Source of the DNA: Octopus vulgaris
Taxonomy: Eukaryota
Assembly: GCA_951406725.2 (NCBI GenBank)
Contig: OX597833.1
Coordinates: 73,470,001-73,534,000, forward strand
DNA: 64,000 nt
Direction: 5' to 3'
Numbering within the stretch: the first letter of the stretch is position 1; the number at the start of each line of letters is the position of its first letter. Shown piece by piece: positions 53,183 through 64,000 of the stretch. Made by a program: the position numbers and the translations under genes. Under the pieces are notes generated by a model. It did no database searches and was not told the origin of the DNA. It worked only from the letters and a program-made list of their open reading frames with translations.

Positions 53183-55099
53183 CTGAAAGAAAAACAAAAT
53201 AGTGAATATGTATAAAATGTGTATTAAAAAAAGCATCACCATTATCGTTGGCAAGATTCCAGGTTACTGAGACAAGGCTAAACCCTCCAAGTTAGATAAG
53301 GCTGATGCAGTGGAAGTTCATTTGGGGTTCCAGAGTTTGATGCCTTTCAAAAAAAAATACTGTCACCAGAAATGGAATTCCAGATGACAGCAGTTTTGTG
53401 GAAGAAGGATTGGTTTAGTACTTACTAACGTCTGTGTGTGTGCATGCATGATTGCTACATGGCTCTGTATGTATGTAGGTCAGGGGGTCATTGAGTAGCG
53501 GAGTCTTGTAGAGGGTCAGCAACTATTACCATCATTTTTCATCAAACTGATGCAACACTAGAAATACTTTCAATGAGATTCCAGAAAACCTTCTCTCATG
53601 TTTAAGAGACATGTTTTCTTTTTGGTCTTTCATCCAAAAATGTTATAGCTCCTCTCCCTTCTCCTCTTGCCATTCCTCATTACACTCTTGTTTTCAGTTT
53701 TCATATAATTCAAGGCTCTCTCTTTACCACTACTACTACTACTGCCACCACCACTGAGACCTCTGCTCTTCCATGCTTGTTATTTCTATCCATGCCCACC
53801 TGACTTACACATCTCTCCTCCTCCTCCTCACTTCATCATACTCTCTCTCTACAAAGAAACTTATCTATTTCTTACAATACATACCAATCTATACATCAAA
53901 ATCAAAATTTTTCAGGGGTCCTTAAAATATTATTGTGAATTCCAAATTTACTATTTTATTACGTGGACCCCCCAAAATTCTTCTATGGACTCTCAGGGAC
54001 CACATGGACCCCAGTTGAGAAGCACTACTCTAGACCATCATACAAAATCTTTACTTAGAAAGCATAGCCCCAGTCAAAGAGTCTGCCAAAGCAATGGATT
54101 AAACATAATTAGAACGAATATGAAGGATTCTCCCTGAAATTATTTTATGATCCTTCAGATTAACCATCAGTTTTTTTAGTTTCTTCAAATGTCCACCAGG
54201 AAATAGATGTCTGACCAAAAACATTGTATAGAAATGTAATGTTAAAACTAATCTACACACGTTCACTTATGTAGATACCACTTCTTCCAACTTTAAATTG
54301 TAATCGTCTTCATACATTTAGAAAGTGGGAATAAAACGATAACAACTCCCACAAAAGTCTGGGAGTTAAATGCTAAACCTTTTGTCAGTGATAGACATGA
54401 CTGCAATCTTTACTGTTTGGAAATGTGGGAAATCTTAAAATCATTTAAATTAAAATCTAGTCTAGATTGGCTGCATTAAGAATCAAATGCCTACGTTTTA
54501 TCTTTATAATTTCCTTATACTTTAAACCAGTTCTATAAACCAGTTTTGAGCACTATGTACATATCTATAACACTACAATATAGACTTTAATTAATATTAA
54601 TAAGATTCATGGATTATATTCAAGTAGTCAAGCATATTTTAATACTATTAATACTAATAACTGATCCTATTTAAGCTACTTTCGTGCACCCTTAGTCCTG
54701 ACACCAAATACTGATGATTGTAATTTGATATGATTTATAACTTAATAACTTCATTCAGTTTCCTACTAATCTTAGGTGGTCTCTTTATAATGTTTGCTTT
54801 TTCCTCCCTAGTTATGCCCTTTCTAATTCTTTATAATTTGTTATAATCCTTAAAATTCATTTACCATTTTTTAACGTTTACGGTCCCCATAATTTTTCAT
54901 TATTAGTGACCTGACCCATCTTCTTGCAGGATTTCAATTCAGTTGCTTTATTCTCCACAATTATATGACAAAACTGGTTAATAGAAATGTTGGGAGGGTA
55001 ACCAATGGGTCTCAATCCTCAGTGAGATTGGCAGACTGGGCGGAGGAGACTGTTACTGAGGTCCCACGGTGAGGAAGGCAGTACCAGTAGGCATTGTGG

Positions 55100-56520
55100 A
55101 GTGCCTAGAACATGACGACACGCTATGGAACAAAGGAGCCAAATCAAACTGGGAATTCCAGGGGAATTTCCCTGCTTTCCGTTGATGGAAAAATCCTGGC
55201 CCACATCTTTTTCAATATTCTCATCAACAACATCTCCAAGAGCGACTCGCCTGAAGCCCAGTGTGGCTTCTGCCCAGGCCACAGCACCATGGACATGGTG
55301 TTTGCTGTGCGTCAAGTTAAGGAGAAATGTATTGAACAACGGATGGATTTATACTCTGTGTTCATAGACCTGACCAAAGCTTTTTGGATCATGCTAACCA
55401 AGCATGGCTGCCCACACAAGTTCACCACACTGATAAGACTCTTTCATGGCAATATGAGCAGTGAAGTTTTTTTGCAATGGTGACCACACCAACTCTTGAC
55501 ATTGGGGCACGAAACAGGGCTGAGTGCTCACCCCCATCTTGTTCAATTTGTTCTTCACACAGGTCCTGCTTTACACAGTGAAAGACCTAAACCTGGGCAT
55601 ATACATCAAAATATCATTCAGACTGGTCTGTTTTTCCTCCTCCACTCACTCTCTGCTTGAACCAAGACACTGGAAAAGCTCATCACAGAAGCCCTATTTA
55701 CAAATGACAGTGTACTTAGGGCACACAAGGAAAATCACCTGCAGACCATTGTTGATCACTTTGCAGAAGCATGAAAGCTTTTGGACAGATCATCAGCCTT
55801 GACAAAACGGAGACCCTAGTCCAAGCAGCACCAAACACATTTCACTCCAGCCAAACACCACCATTGAGGGAGTCCAGCTTAAGTGTGTGGAGAGTTTCAG
55901 GTACCTTGGTAGCACAGTCTCAGCCGATGGATCATTGAACAGTGAAACATTATCCAGAATCCGCAATGCCAGTTAAGAAGCACTTGGAAGACTGAAAATG
56001 AAAGTCGTCCAGCAGAAAGGCATCAGACAATCGACAAAGCTCAAGATCTACAAGGCTGTAGTCATTTCTACACAATTCTATAGAGGGCAAGCATGGGCCC
56101 CCTGGCATCAGCACATCAAACAGCTGGAACAGTTTCACACAAGAGCATTCACTGGTAGGACAGTGTGACAAACCAACAAAAGTTTGTTCAACAAGCATTC
56201 AGTTAATGTTGCTGAAGGTTCAGTTATACTGGACTGACCATGTCATCAGAATGGCTGACAACTGTGTACTCAGACAGCTGTTCTACAGTGATTTCATGCA
56301 GGGCTCATACAAACCAGGAAGGCCTAAACTGAGGTACCAAGGCACCCTGAAAAGTAACCTAATTATCTTGAGACTAGCAAGAGAAAGACATCATAGGACA
56401 GCATCCAGCTCAATTCAGTCAATAGACTACTGATGTGATATCTGTGTGCTTCCAGTTTCGGATTGGGAAGTCACGTGTGCTCTCATCACTGTGAACACAG
56501 ACTTTGTCATCATTAGATAC
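55100..56520 (+). mobile_element. RTE (BovB-like) LINE, decayed RT
   Basis: GNSRGISLLSVDGKILA..PEAQCGF..STMDMVFAVRQ..FIDLTKAF, FRYLGS and PGRPKLRY. Confidence 0.85.
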
Positions 56521-57892
56521 CTATGGACTGCCTTTCATAAATTATTTTGTTTTCCTTTCCTCTGAAATTTTGCAGAGACTTTCACTATTCCTTGCATTCT
56601 TTTTGCTAAAGTTATTTTCCCTGTGTAATAATTAGCTGGATTGGCCTTAATTAAAGTTAATAGTTTGTTAGTTCTCCAATAATTAACCAGAGCACTTTAA
56701 TCATGAGGAATTAATTAAAAGAATAAGTCAAACTGGAATTTATTAACCATATCATTCTGATGCCCTAAACAATCTCACTCAGTAAAGGACTAATTTTGTC
56801 TTTTTGAGAACATCAGCAACTGGCTTCGAAAATGTTACGAGAGGGTCAAACGTCATGCTTTTGGTACCTGCTATCTGTTGGGCTATAAGCCTGATGTGAC
56901 CAGTACCAGCTTTTAGGAGTAATGCTGCAACATTTAATGACACCTTTAGAACTGATCTGCCATTTAGCTATTCTATAATTGACAACTTCTTTCTATTCTT
57001 CACTCGTGGAATTGACTGATTGTAGTACCATCCACTTTAAGGTAAGATCAACAACAAAAGTGTTCCATTGTGTGAGAGCTAAATATCACTTAATGTACAC
57101 AGGTAAATGTACATTCTAGTTTTATATCTGTATACCAAAATACATTAAATAATACACACACACACACAACTTTACCCATAGAAAGAGTGGCAAAATTACT
57201 TGAGTTTATGTGAAACTGGATCAACGTGTGGTGTTGTCCCAATTTCAGCCAGCCTCCAAGTGTGCACATCTGGAAGCCATTACACAAAAGTATATGAGAT
57301 GTGAATATCGATCTATTTAACCATGTGACTTCCATATGATTCTGACCATTTCTCAATCTTCTTTATTTAGTATTAATTCCAGTATTCAAGACATTACGTG
57401 TGCATGATTGCAGTAATATGTATGTTATGCATTGTACAAGAGAAATGTACATTCCCAACTGAAAGTAAAGAAAGAAAGCTAGCTCATCAGATCAGCAGAA
57501 CATCATGGTTACAGCATAGTTCTATCAGCAGCTCAACTCTAAATACACACACGGGACTCATTCATTTAGAATTCTTACAAAAACTCGTATTGCAGATAGA
57601 GATGCTACAGAAACAATTCTAACATTTAATTAGAGACATGTAAAAGAATTTTCTCTGTCTTCTTCTTTTCATTAGTATATATATATATGTTGCCCTCTAA
57701 AGAAACTGTCCAACATTTGAGTCGGTATAGGCCCTCTAAAGAAACTGTCCAACATTTGAGTCGGTGTTTGAGGTATAAGGACACAGCTGTGTGCCGGAAG
57801 CCAGCTGAAAAACATGTTTTCCGGGGGATAAAAAAAGGTAGTAATATTGTCCTAATTGGGACTGCCAATTTACAAATAGATTTTACTCCCTC

Positions 57893-57941
<49 letters not shown>

Positions 57942-58225
57942 ATATATATATATATCAATATGGAACAAATAATTCCCCAGGAATTTTCACACTGGTGACT
58001 GCCATGATTCGGTGCAAAACAAATCATGATGGGTTGGGGCTCTATATCATGGTAACGTATGCTGAGGAAGGTGAGACTATAATGCCAGTCTAGAAACCAG
58101 TCCATGTGAGTTCAAATACTTGAATGCATGCTGAGATTGTCTTAGCCCGTTTGCCTTTGGATGGTTGATTTCTGTAGTTGTTATCAGCAGGTAGACATAC
58201 TTAGTATGTCCTTTGATTAATTTTA

Positions 58226-58297
<72 letters not shown>

Positions 58298-58699
58298 ATA
58301 CAAATATGGAGATAAAGATTTTCAAGCACAGAATAATGCATGAAAAGTATCGTATCCTTATATTGCAGAAAAATTTGTCAGCAGCCAGCCATGAGACTTG
58401 AACACTCATCTCTGTGATTACCAGTCAAGCACTTTATCTTTAAGCTAAGATGCCCAGTGACAAATTTTTCTGCAAATTCTAAACTTATAAACTTAGCTTT
58501 TTTATAGACGCTGCATGTGAAATTCAGATTACATTATATGTAGACAAAGTTTGCTTTATTGGAAGTGTTGAGATGTATTGAGACAGACACATATGGAGAG
58601 AAATATTTTCAAGTGCAGAATAAAGCATGAACAGTGTTAATAGCATAATATCGCTGTTCAAGCATTATTCTTAAAGGTAAAGCAAATAACTTTCACCCC

Positions 58700-59643
58700 T
58701 CTCTGTTCCCTTAATATAAAACTAACATTGGTTAAGGATTCCTATCATTCCTAGACAAACACTTTTCAGCCACTCACAGATACAGGAAAATATTTAATAG
58801 GCTTTCTGTGAAATTATCATATAGCCCCAACTGCAACTGTCACGACCCAGGATCCTCTCCACTTAACCAACGCTGTGCGACTAAACCTATCTTATATGAG
58901 GCAGAAGTTTCTGCAACCCGAAACAATAATACAACTGATGAGAAGACGTCTACTGGATTATGTGAAAGAATTTAGAAAGCACTCATGCCAGTCATATAGC
59001 CTCCTCCTCCTCCTCCTCCTCCTGACATAGGGACAAAATGAAAACTACAAAGTTCGCTAGCTACGTATGGACTTTGAAAGATATTGAAACACTTCATGTG
59101 ATTAAATGGAAAGTAATCCATACTTGATGTGAAGGGATCGAATGAATGTAGACTTTGTTTGGCTGAAAGAGCACAGATCCTGTTCTGATCTAAGATCCTA
59201 ACTCTCTATTGAACTCCAGGTCAGGAATTTTCACTGCTTGCACGCATATGTATAAATACATTTTAAAGAATTGGAAAATTCTGCCTATTCCTGACCGACT
59301 TGATATCTTTCCAGCCTTATCCTTTAAGGTCAAAGGAGGAGGTTTGCTCTTTTACCTTTTTACTTTTTATTTTGGACATTTTAGTTTCAGTTTTTCTCTT
59401 TTCCTTTTTCTCTCGTTTACTGTCTGTGTTTTCTATAAGCTGCCTTCTCAGTTTATTTTGCATTTCTTCTATCATTCAATTTCTTTAGTTCGTTTGTGCC
59501 TGAAGGATATGTTTGAGTTCTCTCCACATATGAAACTATTAGTAGGGTTTTAATGCATCTATTGTGACCTTTAAATAAATAATATTTATCTCTCACCAGA
59601 TGAAGTACTTTTTTTGTTGAATTTTCTTCACGGATCAGTACAT
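58700..59643 (+). mobile_element. Penelope-like element 3' fragment: linker, GIY-YIG, HHR (59496-59548), tail into (TA)n
   Basis: NIG*GFLSFLDKHF..VKLSYS..CNCHDPGSSPLNQRCATKPILYEAEV..TGLCE..YVW..IKWKVI..CRLCLAERAQIL..LLNSRSGIFTACTH, then CTGAAGG-ATATGT..ACATAT-GAAA-CTATTAG-TA. Confidence 0.75.
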
Positions 59644-59671
59644 TATATATATATATATATATATATATATA

Positions 59672-60941
59672 CGAGGGGCGTTCAATAAGTAATGCCCCTG
59701 ACTCACTTGCAGTTGTTTGATCTAGCTGAAATTTTGCATGTGCACTTATTTATACCTCTATAGATTAAGTGGCGAATTACAGCTCTGAACTAATTGTGGT
59801 TTCTGATTTACAGGTGTTTGAACTGAGTCAAGTGTGAAATGGAGCCTGTTGAGTGTCGAGCAGTGATCTGGTTTTTGTATTTGAAAGGACGCACACCACG
59901 GGAGACTTTTGATGAAATGAAAGTAACTTATGGTGATGATGCCCCATCATATGACCTTGTAAAACGCTGGCATCGTGAATTCAAACATAGTCGGAACTCT
60001 GTGGAAACAGCTCCCAGATCTGGTTGCCCCCTTCTGCCGTTGATGAGACGTCTGTCTGTCAAGTTGAGGCTGCCATTTTGGAAGGTCAACGCATAACTAT
60101 TCGCCAAATAGCCCATAAGGTCAAGATTAGTACCGGGTCTGTGGAAACTATCATTCATGGCCATTTGCATATGCAAAAGGTGTCTGCCAGATGGATTTCC
60201 AGGTTGCTCACATCTTTCCAGAAGCAAGAACGCGTTGAGTGCTCGAGGATGAATTTGGAGATGTGCCAAGAAGACGAGTCAAAATTTTTCAAAAGACTGA
60301 TCACACAGGATAAAACCTGGGTCCATCACTATGATCCATAGACCAAAGCCCAGTCAATGCAGTGAAAGCACCGTGACTCACCTCCTCCAAAGAAGGCAAG
60401 GGTGCAGCCCTCCGCTGACAAGGTTATGCTCACAGTCTTCTGGGACCAGGACGGAGTAGTGATGACAGATTTCCTGGCAAAGGGTACCACAATTACAGGA
60501 GCCTATTATGCTTCACTTTTGAGGAAATTAAGAGAAGCTATCAAAATCAAGAGGCGGGGCAAGATCAGCAAAGGCATCCTCCTCCTGCAGGACAACGCTC
60601 TGGTCCACAACTCGCATGTCGCCAGATCAGAAGCACAGGCGTGCAGCTATGAACTCCTCCCATTGCACCCTCTGATTTTCACCTCTTCCCAGCCATGAAG
60701 TTGATTTTGAAAGGAAAGCGTTTCCCAGATGATGCAGCCTTGATTTCTGAAGTCACGTCGTGGTTGGAGGACCAAGCTGGGGTCTTCTACAAAAACGGTC
60801 TCCAGAGCTGTATCAAACGATGGGAGAAATGCATAACTCTGAGTAGTTCCTATGTAGGAAAAGACTAATAACTGTGCCAAGTTTCGTTGCTCTACTGCTG
60901 TGGGAAGTGGGTCAGGGGCATTACTTATTGAACGCCCCTCG
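59672..60941 (+). mobile_element. Full-length mariner transposon (1270 bp), frameshifted transposase
   Basis: TIRs CGAGGGGCGTTCAATAAGTAATGCCCCTGAC..., TA on both sides within (TA)n. Motifs WISRLL, ITQDKTWVHHYDP and LLQDNA. Confidence 0.95.
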
Positions 60942-60989
60942 TATATATATATATATATATATACACATATATAATTACAACAAATATAT

Positions 60990-61748
60990 TACATCTTGGA
61001 CACAGAGTTTCAATAACGTTTTTTGTTACTCCCCTGAATCAGAGGGCAAAATAAACCCTTATAGACCCAACGAGGCCTAACTAGGAAATGGAGAGATCCA
61101 ATTTTCCAGTAAGCAGCACTTGAAGTGGATGCATTTAGAAAACACTTCTTTACAGCTAGTTAATGTGCCAGGTTTCTTATAGTCCTTAAGAATTTTGGCT
61201 CTCTCTGCAACGACCACTTCCATTAATATACAGGCCCCAGATGATTGATTAATTTCCACCTGATGTCACATGGCGTCCCTTGTTCTTTGAGGTGCCAATG
61301 ACGTGACAAACCGTCTTTCTGGGACTCTGATGGTGGTTAAGAAAACATTGCTTGAACAAAGTACTAGCAGAACCAATATACTATTCACACCCTTGGTAAT
61401 ATATGGCATGGGTCTGGTCATCCCATCAGTGTCAAAGATAAATATTTGGTCATCTTCTGAGGTGGCAAAACTGGGAAAGGCGGATACCTACTCCAAGCTG
61501 CTGGTCCTGAATAGGTCATTACTTCTAGGTGTGGTGTTTGTACTGGAGGTAACATACATTGTGGGCCTCGAGTTCTGAGCGTTTTCTCACGTCTGCGACA
61601 TAGATATTTAAAATTTTGTATTTATGTAGAGTCTGACGAGCTGTCCACAAGGCTTTGCTTTGTGGATGCAAAACCTTGGGTAACTCTGTGTCCAATATAA
61701 AATTTCTGCTGTAACAATTACTGCTCTATTCTTTAAAGTGTGCTTCTT

Positions 61749-61760
<12 letters not shown>
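60990..61760 (-). mobile_element. Penelope-like element (GIY-YIG remnant on -) with an inverted HHR-bearing pLTR at its 5' end (61570-61760, +)
   Basis: Minus strand: YIGSASTLFKQ..WHLKEQGTPCDIRWKLI..EVFSKCIHFK. Plus-strand HHR at 61628-61687: AGAGT-CTGACGA-GC..TCCACAA..TTGTGGA..GC-AAAA-CC ttg GG-TA-ACTCT. Confidence 0.7.
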
Positions 61761-61800
<40 letters not shown>

Positions 61801-61829
61801 TTATTTATTAACTATATAATCAATAAAAA

Positions 61830-62540
61830 CATATATCAGAAAAGAAGCACATTCTAAAGAATGGAGCAGTAATTATGACGACAAATATTTTAATTTTAGA
61901 CAAAGAGTTACCAAAGGCTGCGTATCCACAAAGCCAAAGCCTTGTGGACAGCTCATCAGACTAGACAAAGGCAAAAAACATTTAACTTTCTACGTGGCGG
62001 ACGTTAAGGAAAAGCTCAGAAATCGAGATTTAAGTCTTAACATCTCAAAATGGTAATGAGGAAGGGTTGTCTCCCCTGAAGCAGAGGATTAAAACACCGT
62101 TAAAGACCCGGAAAAGCCCTTACAGACCCGAAAACGCCCTTACAGACCCGAAAACACCCTTACAGACGCGAAAACGCCCTTACAGACCCGAAAACGCCCT
62201 TACAGACCCGAAACACCCTTACAGACGCGAAAACACCCTTACAGACCCGGAAACACCCTTACAGACCTGGAAAAGCCCTTACAGACCCGAAAACACCCTT
62301 ACAGACCCGGAAAAGCCCTTACAGACCCGAAAACACCCTTACAGACCCGAAAACGCCCTTACAGACCCGAAAACACCCTTACAGACCCGAAAACACCCTT
62401 ACAGACCCGAAAACGCCCTTACAGACCCGAAAACACCCTTACAGACCCGAAAAGGCCCAATCAGACAAACGGGGATCTCTAATTTTCCAGTTGTTTACAC
62501 TTAAAGTGGACACATTTAAAGAAAACTTGTTCTAAATAAA
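61830..62540 (-). mobile_element. Second copy of the same PLE family (HHR remnant 61903-61963)
   Basis: 61830-62025 is the reverse complement homolog of 61570-61760, and 62455-62530 is homologous to 61075-61150 (KCVHFKCKQLEN*). Confidence 0.7.
62092..62452. repeat. 21-bp minisatellite (CTTACAGACCCGAAAAC[A/G]CC C), ~17 copies
   Basis: Direct inspection; a single related unit occurs in the sibling copy at ~61050-61070. Confidence 0.9.
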
Positions 62541-63192
62541 TGTGTAAAGTGGATGGATTCTCTTCTCTTCCTTGTTGTTGACTTTGCTTTTGTCAAGTGT
62601 CAGATATTTTTTCGTCTTCCTCGGCAATTCTAATGAGAATTTTATGACCAGCTCCGATAGTAAACTTTCGGGAACTTTATTCATTCATGTTTGTTTTTTC
62701 TTGGTTAAAGTCAGTTAGGTGCAGTTGTTTCCTTCTTGGGGAGTTTCTGTCTACTAATTACTTCGATAATCTCAACAGACCAAAGGTTTCGTGCGTTCGA
62801 ATGCGCAAAGGATGTGGATTGGTTATTTTGACATTTCAAACTTTTCTATGGCACTAATCCTGTTAGAAACACACGATTATTTCTTCCCACATACTTACAC
62901 GCACCACATGTCTAGACATGCAAGTGTTATGCACAAAGATGCATACAAATGCCAAATCGGCACAATTTCCAGGTAGAATATTTTATCTGTCATTGCTTCG
63001 CAGCTGTTTTGATGGCGTGTTTTATGTGTTTCTTTCTTGTTTTCATCTGCCACGCACACTTTGATATCCAAGACCGACTTTCATTCTCTTCACAGCTTCC
63101 GTCACCGACACACACACACACACACACACAGTCATTCACACACGTACACACGCATACAAAGATATATATATAAATCTGTGTATGCGTGTGTA

Positions 63193-63223
<31 letters not shown>

Positions 63224-64000
63224 AATCTGTTTTATGCTTTATATGTTTTTGTTAGTATTGTTATATTTAAAGAATTATTGAAATAAACTTGTTATACATA
63301 CATATCTATACACACATACATAGCTGCCTACTTACATACATACACACGTACATATACATACCTACACACTAAACAACACAGAGTTAATATTTGTTCATGT
63401 TTGTAAATATGTTGATATACTTACAAGTAGAATTCCATCCAATTTTTCAATAATTTCCTCGATTTCTTCAGCCATTTTCTGTCTCTCTCTTTTTTTTATC
63501 CTTTAAAGCAAATTTATAAAACTAAACAAAATAGTTTTGTTTCCTTGTTGTCGACTTTTTTTCTGGTATATTTTGCCAAAAAGAAAATGTAAATTTCTAT
63601 AAATGATATATTATATATAAAAATGTTCAATGCAGTTGAATGTGTCCGATCAACAAATATTTTCTAACAACACAGTGAGTGTCTCTTCCCAGAAACGAAA
63701 CCCGATTGCAATATTGGATACTGTGAACGGATTCGAAAAATATAGTTGGGACTGAAGAAGTGAGACAACTGAAGAATTAGTAAAAACTGTTTAACGAAAC
63801 TTAGAGAATGGTAGAAATAAACGATGTGAAAGTGTGAAAGTGAAAGTTTTGTAGAAAAGAAAATCACTTCCGCGAAAACAATCCGGATATCAAATGGCTA
63901 AGAGTCACTAAAATGAAATTCAAGATTCAAAATAAAACAGAAGTTCTTACAACAAGCATTAAGTATATTAAAACAAATTTATTTCTTTGGTTTTACTTAA

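Noticed and set aside
58925-58980. CTGATGA...GAAA as a hammerhead
   Set aside because: No helix I or II pairing, and it lies within GIY-YIG coding remnant.

Overview
AT-rich, microsatellite-dense animal genomic DNA; the SINE and repeat landscape looks cephalopod/octopus-like, which is inference. There are two host genes. Five coding exons of a PDE9-type cGMP phosphodiesterase lie on + (5.5-13.2 kb). A large minus-strand exon encodes a TPR-repeat protein whose C-terminal TIR-like domain sits in a +1 frame (51.0-53.2 kb). The rest is transposon debris. It includes a complete but decayed Gypsy LTR element whose 3' LTR carries ~84 copies of a 41-bp unit against ~4.5 in the 5' LTR, plus mariner/Tc1 copies, R4/Dong-like, RTE and CR1 LINE fragments, Helitron/Helentron-like elements and SINEs. 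The most striking hidden signal is a set of about ten hammerhead-ribozyme (HHR) motifs from several distinct families. They lie in Penelope-like element (PLE) termini next to (TA)n or (GATA)n tracts, often as fold-back palindromes. Two have apparent compensatory core variants (G3:C8, U3:A8), and one palindrome has its apex exactly on the ribozyme helix II hairpin. All structures were read by eye; none was computed.
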